Shown: positions 40,603-50,335, numbered from the whole stretch's first letter. The stretch is DNA of 63,754 nt, filler included, from Candidatus Fermentibacterota bacterium (GCA_016928395.1; 6 parts of 6 records of this genome joined end to end with filler, not necessarily neighbours in it); one strand, 5' to 3'. Notes: a model not told the origin generated them from the letters alone. Numbers and translations: made by a program.

Positions 40603-40843
40603 ATCAAGACTCCATCTGGAGGTCAGCCCCCGGCCGGGCCCGGTGTCTTCGCCCACCGTTCCTGTGGCCCTTAGGCCGGTGACGAGCTATCTTGGCTAGG
40701 ATGGCCCAGCGCCATTGTGATGGCGAAGGTTCTTCGGTAATGTGGCGGGCTTCACCCACCCACGGATCCGTAGCCCTTGTCGCGACCCTTGACCATGAAG
40801 AGGCGTCGGGGGATGTCCGGGTACTAACTCTGTAGGAGTCACT

Positions 40844-42649
40844 ATGAGCGAGGAGCGTGTCCTCGTCATCGACGACGATCCGCATGTGCTGCAGGCTATT
40901 CAATACGCATTCGAGCGGGGAGGATTCGAAACGCTGGTCGCCTCGGATGCCGAGCTGGGCCTGGAGATTTTCAGGGATGAACGCCCCAGCCTTGTGATCA
41001 CCGATCTTCTCCTGCCGCATACCGATGGCTTCGAGATTGTCCAGAGCATACGCTCGGATCCGATCGCCCGGAACACGCCGGTTATCATCCTCAGCGCCCG
41101 CACCCAGGAACAGGACAAGCTCCGGGGACTAGAGCTGGGTGCCGACGACTATGTGACCAAGCCCTTCAGCCCTACAGAACTGGTGGCGAAGGCAAGGGCC
41201 GTGCTTCGCCGGGCCACTGCGTATCGCGAACGCCGTCGCGTTCCTGGTGTGGGCGGGCCTTTCGCGGCCGAAGGGCTGGAACGGCTGGCGGGGCTCAGAT
41301 TCGCGGACTATGTTGTCGGAGTCGGCAATCGCTCGGCATTCGAGGCCGCCCGCGCGGCGGCCGAAAGCCCCGGCAACCGGTTCAACCCTCTGTTCCTCTA
41401 TGGCGGCAACGGCCTCGGTAAGACTCACCTGGTGTGCGCCATGGCCAATGAGATTTACGAAGTCAATCCTGGCGCGCGAATCCTGTACGTCAGCTCCGAG
41501 GTATTTAGCACGCAGATCGTCGATGCGTATCGCCAACGTCAGGTCGAGCAGTTCCGGCGGGAATACGTGGGAGCCGATGCCTTGATCGTGGATGACATTC
41601 AGTTCCTGGCGGTGTCGCCCAGCCTGCAAACCGTCGCTGCCACCATCCTGGCTGCCATGCATGAGAACGGCAAGCAAATCGTCATCTGTTCCGACCGGCG
41701 GCCCGAGGAACTCCAGACCATCGCCGCGGAGATCAGTGCGCGATTCGCCCTTGGCCTGGTCGTAGAGATCGACAAGCCTGATGTCAGCCTCAGAACTCGT
41801 ATTCTCCTCCACAAGGCGCGACAAAACGGGTGGCCTCTGCACGAGTCACTTCTTCTCTACTTAGCCAACCACGCCGACTCGGACGTACGCACGCTGGAGG
41901 GGATAGCCAAGCGAATGGTCGCCATGCAGACCTTCGCCCGAATCAAGCCTGACACCGCTCTGATAGACAGGTTGCTGGAGGAGGTAACCCTGCGGGAAGA
42001 GGAGCACGACCGCAGTAATGACGACGACGGAGAACCCGTGCCCGGATCTGAAGCCCGCTTGGCGTCGTTTAACGAGGAGTTCAACAGGGGAGCCATCGTG
42101 CGAGCCCTGGATACCCCTGAAGGTATCGCCCAGCGCACTCCGCGGTCCCATGGAAGACCAGTAGTAGTGCTGGGCAGGTCCGGGCCCTTGGTCATTGACA
42201 CGGTGGAGGCCCTGATTGGACAGAAGGACAGAGTCTTCACCATTCCCGAGGGAGAGCGCTGGGCCTGCATGGCCCATGCCGCCTCCACGCGACCGAAGTG
42301 GATCGTGGTAGGCACCAACCGGTGGAGTCAGGGCGATGAGTTGACGCTGGCGTTGGAGTGCGGCGCCGAGCCATCCTTCGTCGTAGTAATCGATAGTGGG
42401 CATCCCGACGTGCTGGAGGCGAGACGACTCATCCTTTCGATTCCCAGCAGCAGAGGCATGGCCGTGGTCGTGCTGGTGAGCTCCATCACCCAGACCACGT
42501 CGGAAGCGACTCGCCTCACCATAGCCCGCAGCATGAGGCGGCTATTCCGCGTCGGTGAGGACATACCTGTTCTCGCCAGCGGCGTCATTGCTCCAGATGA
42601 AAGTCGCCGGTGGCTGGACGCTGCTCTGGCCCGAAGCCGTCCCCGATAG
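40844..42649 (+). CDS. Receiver domain - DnaA-type AAA+ domain - degenerate small-GTPase-like domain fusion
   Basis: REC: VIDDD, ITDLLLP, IILSA, DDYVTKPF; AAA+: FADYVVG.GN, FNPLFLYGGNGLGKTHL, LIVDDIQFL, SDR, ARF, DVRTLEG; no DnaA domain IV; AGGAG RBS. Confidence 0.85.
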   Translation: MSEERVLVIDDDPHVLQAIQYAFERGGFETLVASDAELGLEIFRDERPSLVITDLLLPHTDGFEIVQSIRSDPIARNTPVIILSARTQEQDKLRGLELGADDYVTKPFSPTELVAKARAVLRRATAYRERRRVPGVGGPFAAEGLERLAGLRFADYVVGVGNRSAFEAARAAAESPGNRFNPLFLYGGNGLGKTHLVCAMANEIYEVNPGARILYVSSEVFSTQIVDAYRQRQVEQFRREYVGADALIVDDIQFLAVSPSLQTVAATILAAMHENGKQIVICSDRRPEELQTIAAEISARFALGLVVEIDKPDVSLRTRILLHKARQNGWPLHESLLLYLANHADSDVRTLEGIAKRMVAMQTFARIKPDTALIDRLLEEVTLREEEHDRSNDDDGEPVPGSEARLASFNEEFNRGAIVRALDTPEGIAQRTPRSHGRPVVVLGRSGPLVIDTVEALIGQKDRVFTIPEGERWACMAHAASTRPKWIVVGTNRWSQGDELTLALECGAEPSFVVVIDSGHPDVLEARRLILSIPSSRGMAVVVLVSSITQTTSEATRLTIARSMRRLFRVGEDIPVLASGVIAPDESRRWLDAALARSRPR

Positions 42650-42781
42650 CGGCATGTTCAGGTACGCGCGCACCTGCGGAAGGAGAACTGCTGCCGGGCA
42701 GTCCATTCTTGAGCACCCTGCCTACGATGCGCCCGGTGCATCGCACGGCTAATCGATGACCTCTTACTACGGGGTGACCGT

Positions 42782-44365
42782 ATGACATCCATCGAAACCA
42801 GAATCACCAGTGTTACCGTGTTCACAGATCGCGCCCGCGTGGTGAGGCAGGGCTCGACAAAGGTGGAGCCGGGGCGACAGAGTATGAGGTTGGGCGTGCT
42901 ACCGCTGGCCTGCGATCCTGAATCCGTGCGGGTGCGTGCCCACGGCACGGCCCACGCAACCCTGCTTGGTGTTGACATCGCCCGCCAGACCTACATCGAG
43001 ACGCCCGCCGAAGACGTGCGTGAACTGGAAAGGGAGATCGAGCTCCTGGCGGCACGTATCGCCGATGTGGACGGTCAGGTCACCCTGTGCAGTGAGGAAC
43101 GTACTGCACTGGCGGCACTTCTCCAGAACACCGAACCGCTGGCCAGAGGTATCGCGTTCGGCAAACTGGCCCCTGATGCCCATATGAACCTTGTGAGCCG
43201 AGTCCGGCAGCGTTGTGCCGAATTGGATGGCGAGACCCGGGATCTGGTCGCCACGAGACGCGAGCTTGATCGAGCCATTCAGAAGCCTCGGATCGAAATT
43301 AAGCGGCTGCAGAGTGCCACCGGGGTTGAACGGTACGTGACATCCATCGACCTGGAGGTCGTCCACGGAGGGGACCTGACGGTCGAGCTGTCGTCGTTGG
43401 TCAAAGGTGCCTCGTGGTCACCGGTGTATGATCTCCGGGTGAGCGAGGGTGGTGAACCGGGTCTGAGCGTGGGGTACATCGGCCAGGTCACGCAGGAGAC
43501 CGGTGAATCGTGGGACGATGTGGAACTGGTACTCTCCACGGCCCGGCCCGCCCGGGCCGCAGCCCTTCCTGAGCTGAAGCCCTGGTATCTTTCGCCTATC
43601 CGGCCCCGGGCGGAGGAGGCGGAACGGTATGACAAGGCTCGCCCAGCAGCGTTCTCAGCGCCAGGGATCGTCACGAGCGCCGAGGTGGAGGAAGGCGCCG
43701 TGGCGGATGACAGGATCGCGGAGAACGCCGTAGCATCCGTGGAATCCACGGGGGCCTTCATCTCCTACCGCGTGGCCGGTACCGTGAGCGTTCCCTCTGA
43801 TGGGTCTCCCCACAAGGCAACCGTTGCCCGCTTCGATCTTTCTCCGAGAATTGACTACCTGGCTACGCCAAAACTGGTGGAAGACGTGTTCCGCCGGGCC
43901 AGAGTCACCAATGAGAGCCCGTATGTCTTCCTAGCCGGCCCGGCCAATCTGTTCTCCGGCGATGACTTCATCGGCCGAACCGCCCTCAAGCATGTCTCAC
44001 CCGGCGGCGACATGGAGCTGTTCCTCGGCGTGTGCGATGCGATCAAGGTGAGGCGTGAACTCAAGAAGCGTGATGTCGACCGCAAAATCATCGGCAATCG
44101 CCGCACCGTGACCTTGGGCTATGAGATCAGAATCGAAAACTCCTTGGCATCCGAGGTCAGCCTCGTGCTGCGTGATCAGCTTCCGGTGCCACGGGACGAG
44201 GAGATCAAAGCAAAGCTGGAGAACGCCGACCCCAAGCCGACGATGACTGATGATCTTGGCATCATGACATGGGAACTGGCGATCCCGGGAGGGAGCACGC
44301 GGGTTGTGACTCTTGAATTCAGCGTCGATCATCCCCGCCAGATGGAGATCCCGGGCCTGCCTTGA
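42782..44365 (+). CDS. DUF4140/DUF4139 (MuiA-like) protein
   Basis: ITSVTVFTDRARVVR, coiled coil, ASWSPVYDLR, QETGESWDDVELVLSTARP, VPSDG, RDQLPV. Confidence 0.88.
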   Translation: MTSIETRITSVTVFTDRARVVRQGSTKVEPGRQSMRLGVLPLACDPESVRVRAHGTAHATLLGVDIARQTYIETPAEDVRELEREIELLAARIADVDGQVTLCSEERTALAALLQNTEPLARGIAFGKLAPDAHMNLVSRVRQRCAELDGETRDLVATRRELDRAIQKPRIEIKRLQSATGVERYVTSIDLEVVHGGDLTVELSSLVKGASWSPVYDLRVSEGGEPGLSVGYIGQVTQETGESWDDVELVLSTARPARAAALPELKPWYLSPIRPRAEEAERYDKARPAAFSAPGIVTSAEVEEGAVADDRIAENAVASVESTGAFISYRVAGTVSVPSDGSPHKATVARFDLSPRIDYLATPKLVEDVFRRARVTNESPYVFLAGPANLFSGDDFIGRTALKHVSPGGDMELFLGVCDAIKVRRELKKRDVDRKIIGNRRTVTLGYEIRIENSLASEVSLVLRDQLPVPRDEEIKAKLENADPKPTMTDDLGIMTWELAIPGGSTRVVTLEFSVDHPRQMEIPGLP

Positions 44366-44398
44366 GAGAACGCGGCAAGGGCCGCGTGAGATGGCATC

Positions 44399-45613
44399 AT
44401 GCGTGAGATTCTGACCGGCTGCGCCATAGGCCTCGCTCTGTTGGGTGTCGCCATGGGGCGCTTCCCGTGGCTGCGCATGAACCGGGCGACCATCGCGCTG
44501 GTGGGTGCCGTTGTGCTGGTGCTCATGGGCGCCATCTCCCTGGAAGAGGCGTTCGACTCTCTGGATCTTAGTACATTGGTGCTCTTGTTTGCCATGATGG
44601 TGCTCAATGTGAACCTGAGCATCTGCGGCTTCTTCCGACTTCTCACCGCCCGGATCCTCTGCTGGGCCAAGACTCCTCGCCAACTTCTGGCTTTGGTCGT
44701 GATGTCGTCTGGTGTGCTCTCGGCCCTGTTTCTCAATGACACGGTTGTGTTGATGTTCACACCCTTGGTGATCCGGGTAACGCGCCAGGTAGGCAGAAAC
44801 CCGATCCCCTATCTCGTCGCGCTGGCCACTGCCGCCAATATCGGCTCCACCGCTACCATCATCGGCAATCCCCAGAACATGCTCATCGGCATCTCGTCCG
44901 GGATACCATTCGCCAGGTTCGCAGCCTTGCTGTCTCCAGTATCGTTGATAGGGCTGGGGCTGGCATGGGTCGTCGTGTTCCTGGTCTACCGGTCGCAGTT
45001 CCGCTCGGAACGCCTAGCCTCCTTTGTCACAGTGGAGACGCGTACCTATCGCCCCCTTCTACGCAAGAGCCTCGCAGCCGCTGCACTGATGATCCTGGGG
45101 TTGCTGGCCGGCATGCCCATCCCCCTTGCCTCCATGGCCGCGGCATCCCTGCTCCTGGTCACGCGACGACTGAAGCCCGAGCGGGTGTTCCGAGAGATCG
45201 ACTGGTCGTTGCTGGTGTTTTTCTCCGGCTTGTTCGTGGTCACAAAGGCGCTGGAGACGACGGGGTTGAGCGCGCGGCTCTTCGCGCTGGCAAGGCCATT
45301 GGGCCAGGGCGTGCTCGGTCTCACCGCCGCGTCGGCCGTTCTCAGCAACCTGATCTCCAATGTGCCGGCCGTGCTCATGTTCCGCCCTTTGGTGCCTGCA
45401 TTTCCCAATGTGGAGAAGTCATGGCTGGTGCTGGCCATGGCCACGACTTTGGCAGGCAACCTGACACTGCTGGGTTCTGTGGCCAATCTCATTGTCGCCG
45501 AATCTGCACGACGCAGCGGCGTCAGACTCACGTTTCTTCACTACTTGAGAGCCGGTGTGCCCATCACGATTCTCACTTTGGCGTGGGGCGCGCTGTGGCT
45601 CAGTCTGATGTGA
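44399..45613 (+). CDS. ArsB/NhaD (IT superfamily) anion transporter, YbiR-like
   Basis: SALFLNDT, AANIGSTATIIGNPQNM, SNLISNVPAV, TLAGNLTLLGSVANLIV. Confidence 0.9.
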   Translation: MREILTGCAIGLALLGVAMGRFPWLRMNRATIALVGAVVLVLMGAISLEEAFDSLDLSTLVLLFAMMVLNVNLSICGFFRLLTARILCWAKTPRQLLALVVMSSGVLSALFLNDTVVLMFTPLVIRVTRQVGRNPIPYLVALATAANIGSTATIIGNPQNMLIGISSGIPFARFAALLSPVSLIGLGLAWVVVFLVYRSQFRSERLASFVTVETRTYRPLLRKSLAAAALMILGLLAGMPIPLASMAAASLLLVTRRLKPERVFREIDWSLLVFFSGLFVVTKALETTGLSARLFALARPLGQGVLGLTAASAVLSNLISNVPAVLMFRPLVPAFPNVEKSWLVLAMATTLAGNLTLLGSVANLIVAESARRSGVRLTFLHYLRAGVPITILTLAWGALWLSLM

Positions 45614-45769
45614 TGCGGCCTCGGCCCGCGTCCTGCGGTTCATTTCGGCTCAGCCTATCCTGTCTCAGGCCGCCTTTGCGGCATGGCCTTCGAGGAGGCG
45701 ATGACGACGTCCCGCCGACTATGCGCTCTATACGTGACCGCTGCCACCCTGCTCGCGACGGAAGCCTCC

Positions 45770-46045
45770 GAGTGAGAAGTGAGGAGTGAGGAGATAGTGC
45801 GGCAGTCCGGAACTCGTGTGAGAGTACATCCACGCACTCGTACTCGGAGGTACGCCTCCGATGGCGATAGCGACGCTGAGTGAGGAGTGAGGAGATAGGA
45901 GTGAGCTGAGGGCCGATAGCTGACAGCCGACAGCCAACTGCCAACCGTACTCTCCATCTCGAAAAACCTGGGTGCTGTCGCATCCAGAGGCCTTGCTGAC
46001 GACTGATGACTGCGAGCGAAGCGAGCCGAACCCTGAACCCGAGCC
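45770..46045. repeat. Intergenic mosaic of heptamer/hexamer repeats between convergent genes
   Basis: GAGTGAG/GAGATAG heptamers, CTCGTACTCGGAGGTACGCCTC core, GCCGATA/GCTGACA/GCCGACA heptamers, GAACCCT heptamers. Confidence 0.85.
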
Positions 46046-46072
46046 CCTCGCACAGCGAGACACGAGGCCGGG

Positions 46073-48910
46073 CTACTCGCTGAAGATGGCTTTGGGCCTG
46101 ATGACGCCTGCCCTGATCTGGGTGCGCGGGAACAAGGTCGCGATTCGGCCCTCCAGGCGGGGGAGAAACTCCCGGTACCGCGGGTTCATGCCCACCCGTC
46201 CGAACCCTTCGGTGAGGATCACGGCCAGCGGAAGGTCTTCATCGCCGGTCACGCCCACTGCCAGCTCGCGCCCGGAGAACTCCCGCCAGGTCATGCTATC
46301 CACCGACGGCGCGATGATGCCCCGCGCGCCTTCTTCGACGCATCGTCGCAGGAAAGCGCTGTCCGCGGGCTCCAGTGTCGCCACGATGACGTCGCGGGAG
46401 AATCTGGGGGTTTTTCCGTGCAATTGCAGGACTCCCCAGGTCTCTCGGCCGAATCCGATGGCCCCAGCCAGTACCTCTCCTTCGCCGGCGATAGTGGCAG
46501 CTCGGGTCTGTTCCACACGCTCCACCGTGCCGTAAACCAACGCGCGACACGCCCGCGGTTCCGTGTCGCACTGCATCACCACCGTCCCCTGCTCAAGGTC
46601 AATCGCGGCGATTCTACCGGAGATTGGCGCCCTGACGGCCGGGCGCCCACCGGTGCCGCCCACGATCTCCTGTCCCTCCCAGAGAAACTCTCCCAAGGCG
46701 ACCTTCAGCATGTGGAGAATCCGCTTTGGCCGAGTTCCAAGGATCTTCGCGACGTCGATGGTGACCGGTTCGGTCGTGTGCTCCTGAATCTCCCGCAGGA
46801 TGATGAGACCCCCTTCTTCGATCCGAACCACTCTGCCGCGCACCGGCGATATGCAGAAGAACTCCACCCGCAGCAAAGGTTCCCGACCGCGAAACACACG
46901 CTGACCGACAGCTACCGTATCGCCTTCCTGAACCAGCAATCCTTCGCGAAGAGCCTCCGACGACAGCGTTCGATGATACCCCACCAGTTGAGGGATGTTC
47001 ACTATGAACACCCGGGGCGGGGCCAGCGTGTTTTGGCCCACGACGCGCTCCGGGGTGACACGCTCACCTTCGCTGACCAGAATCTCCCCGTCATAGGGCA
47101 GTTCGCGGACAATGGTGAAGGGCCCCTTTTTCGGAGCGGCCGAAGGCCGAACCAGGCCAAGGGCTGGTCTACGGGGGCTTGTCGGAAACTCCCATGCCTC
47201 CGAGGCAATCAGGGGAGATCCGCAGAATCCAACACCCCGACCGCGGCAGTCGAACAACACGGGAAGGGATGAGTCCAGGACAACATGCCCTCCTTTGCGA
47301 TACAGGGAGATTCCTGGGGCCGGCGTCACCTCCCAGTGCCCCGGCGGCGCCAGCATGACCTCGTTACCACGGAGCCGATAGGTCTTCCCGGATCGGCGAT
47401 CCACCGCCGACACAACGACCCGCGTGGAGTTCATTGCCCCGGTGGGCGCCACTACCCAGGCGATTTCTCTGAGGCACTGGCGTTCGAAAAACTCCAGGGC
47501 ACCCGCTTCATCCCGCGAGGCCAGAATCCCACAATGAGGGCTCCAGAACGAGCCGTCCACGGCGATTTTGGTAACGCCAGTGGGTAAGAATCCATCCTCT
47601 ACGATCCTCAGAACCTCTTTGTCGGAAGCGTGGGAGAAAATGCCGCCGGCCGCAATCACAAGGTCGATATCAGAAATGCGAAATCGTGAGGATGATCCCA
47701 CCGGGGTCAGAGTCTCCTGGAATCGATCAACAGCCGACCGCTTCAGTATCCTCTCCGCCATGCCGATCCGCGCCTCGGAGAACGCCATGATCTTGTGCTG
47801 CTTCCAGGCCTGCGCGATCCCTGCCAGCCCGATTGCCCGCTCGATGGCCTCCTCGGTCTCATCAGAGGGAATGTAGGTGGGATTGAGCATCTTTCCTGCG
47901 GCGTAGTCGCGGAGATCGCCTTCGCTCACCCCGGGAACATGGGGCAGGATCTCGCCTACCCCGGCAGTGGCGATGACATTACAGATGGAGTAGCTCATGC
48001 CGATATTGGCCGCTACGGTTCGCTGGCAACTGCCGCGAATCCAGGAGAACACGTCGGTGGTGGCGCCGCCCATATCGAACATGACGATGTTCTGGCTATG
48101 CCGCCGGGCGTATCGCGTAAGGATTCGCTCCACAGCCAGGGGCGTCGGTATGATATCCGCAGCAACCCAGGGCTTCAGTTGGCCATAGCCCGGGGCTCGC
48201 TCCATCACCGTGTGCATGAAGATGTCGAGAATGGCATCCTTGGCGGGCTGTGGATTCGTCTCGTGCAAGGTGGGTCTGACATTGTCCACTACATGCACCT
48301 CGAAGTGTTCGGCTGTTACTTGCTGCACGTATGCCCGTGCAGCGGCATTGCCGCAGAAGACCAGCGGAATGCGGCCCGAGGTATCGAACTTGGGCCGCGG
48401 GTGTGCCAGGCTCAGAGTCTCGGCAAGCCGCACCAGGTTGGCAATATCCCCGCCATCAACCCCGCCGGCCATGAGAATCAGGTCGGGGCGCAGGTCACGC
48501 ATCACGGCCATGCGTTCCACGGTGGAGAGACGGTCATCCACGGTAAAGGTCCGGAGCACGACGCCGCCCGCCCCCTGGGCTGTGAGTTGCGCGATCTTGC
48601 CTGTGTCGGTTGACGTAAGGCCCACCACCATCATCTGGAGACCGCCCCCGGCCGAACTGGTGGTCAGATACGGAAAGCGAGGATTGCCATGCTCATCGAG
48701 CAGTTCCTCGCCGGTGTGCTCTCCCAGGGCTCGAGCGGCGGCCCGCACTCCCTCGCACACATTCTCCTGGGGCGCCTCCACGGTTGTTGGGACGGTGGCC
48801 GCGCCGCGTACCTCGTATGAGGAGCCGCCCCTCAGCAGCAACCCCTTGGTCGTGGTGCTGCCAATATCGGTGATGAAGACAGCGTGAAAACCGTTACTGG
48901 GCACGCGCAC
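46073..48910 (-). CDS. GlmL/MutL-like (glutamate mutase L family) ASKHA ATPase fused to a C-terminal domain of unknown function
   Basis: TDIGSTTTK, TSSAGGGL, LMAGGVDGG, DMGGATTDVFS, RTVAANIGMSYS; C-terminal ~350 aa with V.EG..V / SPV.G.V barrel-sandwich-like motifs, LTEGFG, TQIRAGVIRP. Confidence 0.8.
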   Translation of the reverse strand: MRVPSNGFHAVFITDIGSTTTKGLLLRGGSSYEVRGAATVPTTVEAPQENVCEGVRAAARALGEHTGEELLDEHGNPRFPYLTTSSAGGGLQMMVVGLTSTDTGKIAQLTAQGAGGVVLRTFTVDDRLSTVERMAVMRDLRPDLILMAGGVDGGDIANLVRLAETLSLAHPRPKFDTSGRIPLVFCGNAAARAYVQQVTAEHFEVHVVDNVRPTLHETNPQPAKDAILDIFMHTVMERAPGYGQLKPWVAADIIPTPLAVERILTRYARRHSQNIVMFDMGGATTDVFSWIRGSCQRTVAANIGMSYSICNVIATAGVGEILPHVPGVSEGDLRDYAAGKMLNPTYIPSDETEEAIERAIGLAGIAQAWKQHKIMAFSEARIGMAERILKRSAVDRFQETLTPVGSSSRFRISDIDLVIAAGGIFSHASDKEVLRIVEDGFLPTGVTKIAVDGSFWSPHCGILASRDEAGALEFFERQCLREIAWVVAPTGAMNSTRVVVSAVDRRSGKTYRLRGNEVMLAPPGHWEVTPAPGISLYRKGGHVVLDSSLPVLFDCRGRGVGFCGSPLIASEAWEFPTSPRRPALGLVRPSAAPKKGPFTIVRELPYDGEILVSEGERVTPERVVGQNTLAPPRVFIVNIPQLVGYHRTLSSEALREGLLVQEGDTVAVGQRVFRGREPLLRVEFFCISPVRGRVVRIEEGGLIILREIQEHTTEPVTIDVAKILGTRPKRILHMLKVALGEFLWEGQEIVGGTGGRPAVRAPISGRIAAIDLEQGTVVMQCDTEPRACRALVYGTVERVEQTRAATIAGEGEVLAGAIGFGRETWGVLQLHGKTPRFSRDVIVATLEPADSAFLRRCVEEGARGIIAPSVDSMTWREFSGRELAVGVTGDEDLPLAVILTEGFGRVGMNPRYREFLPRLEGRIATLFPRTQIRAGVIRPKAIFSE

Positions 48911-49075
48911 GCCTCCGGCGCATACTAGCGGATGATAGCGGAATCACTGCCAAGGGATCGCTGACGACGGGTAGGACGGGAATCCATCCGGGCATTGAGG
49001 GAAAGACCCGCTCCCTCGGCAGAGGGGCGAACCCGCTGCGCGGCCATCAGCACGCTATGGGAACGGAGAAAACCC

Positions 49076-49447
49076 CTACCAGGCGGCCTTTCGGTCTCGC
49101 TTGGCGCGGCGGATACCGCGCCGGCTTCCCTTGCTGGGGCGGAATGTCTTGGCTCCCCCTCGGGATCCGGAACTCCCAAAATCCCTGCCGCCCGCCTCGA
49201 ACCGGGGCCGAGCTTCGTTGACCACCAGCTTGCGGCCATCAAGCTCAGCATCATGACACTGTTTGACCGCTTCATCGGCATCTGCCTGCGACGCCATCTC
49301 GATAAACGCAAACCCGCGGGATTTCCCCGAGAACCTGTCCACCGCCAAGTCGCAGCTCTCCACCGTGCCGGCAGCCTCGAACAGCTTCCGAAGGTCAGCC
49401 ACCGTAGTCTCGTAGGATAGATTCCCGACATACAGTTTCGTTGCCAT
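49076..49447 (-). CDS. RRM-domain RNA-binding protein
   Basis: RNP2 KLYVGNLSY, RNP1 SRGFAFIEM, GRKLVVNEARPR, Gly/Arg-rich tail. Confidence 0.94.
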   Translation of the reverse strand: MATKLYVGNLSYETTVADLRKLFEAAGTVESCDLAVDRFSGKSRGFAFIEMASQADADEAVKQCHDAELDGRKLVVNEARPRFEAGGRDFGSSGSRGGAKTFRPSKGSRRGIRRAKRDRKAAW

Positions 49448-49981
49448 GCGTCTTTCTGTGCTCCTCGCTGTTTCTGTGAGTGCCCGCGCGGAAGTCGGCC
49501 GGTAGACGACCTTCGTCTCCGTGCGGCTCGGCATAGGCGCAAGCTGTTGGCGATTGTCTCAATTCCCGGCACCAACCGATATGATGGGCAAATTCCTCGG
49601 TTTGGCAAGACCTTTCGTGGAACGGGGGCCAGAAGCGGCATCCGCGCTCCCCGAGAAAATGGCAGTAGCCTCGCTTCGCTCGTGGTTCCCAGGGTTCGGG
49701 GTTCGAGTCGCTGTGCCCGCAGGGCACAGGGTTTAGAGGTCGAGCCAAAACGGTTGAATGAGGAGATAGGAGCCAGCCGCTACCCTCTTCACTTCTTCAC
49801 ATTCCTTGCCCCTCAGTTCGCTCAAGGGGCGGGAGGAGCCATCTCTTTCGTCTCGTCTTTGCTCTTTCGTTTCTTCCGCCCGTAAGGCATCACTTTTCCC
49901 TTGCGGTATGAAGGTGGCATATCGTAGCGTATGGGTGCTCGCAACCAGCGTCTTCTTCGGTATCTACACAGGAGGGATCCG

Positions 49982-50278
49982 ATGCCCACGTATGTCCTGA
50001 TGACGAAGCTGGGGCCAGACCTTGCGAAGGAAATGAAGCATCGCAGGGAGATAGGCCGGGAATGGCGCAAACGAGTGCGGGAGCTGTGCCCCAGCATCAA
50101 ATTCGTTGCGCACTACGCCCTGCTCGGCGCGTATGACTTCCTCGATATCTTCGAAGCCAGCAATGAGGAGGAGGCGGCCTTGGTGTCGATGGTGAGCCGT
50201 TCGGCCGGCGCGGTGAGCGCCGAGAGTTGGACCGCTATCCCCTACGCCAAGTTCCTGGAACTGTCGGAGAAGGTCTGA
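49982..50278 (+). CDS. GYD-domain protein
   Basis: MPTYVLMTKL...YALLGAYDFLDIFEA; GGAGG RBS. Confidence 0.8.
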   Translation: MPTYVLMTKLGPDLAKEMKHRREIGREWRKRVRELCPSIKFVAHYALLGAYDFLDIFEASNEEEAALVSMVSRSAGAVSAESWTAIPYAKFLELSEKV

Positions 50279-50335
50279 CCCGTCGGCACCCCGGGTTCCG
50301 ACAGGCCCCCGAACCTAGTCACGTTCCCCGGGGGC

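Noticed and set aside
40844-42649. Calling this gene dnaA or the region oriC
   Set aside because: No domain I or IV, no dnaN/recF/gyrB neighbours, and no DnaA-box cluster or AT-rich unwinding element seen
44399-45613. Calling this transporter arsB and linking it to the ars operon
   Set aside because: Motifs only support the wider ArsB/NhaD superfamily, and it is on a different contig from arsR-arsC-acr3
49680-49750. GGTTCGAGTC as a tRNA T-arm
   Set aside because: Part of a GGGTTC heptamer tract; no cloverleaf or acceptor stem
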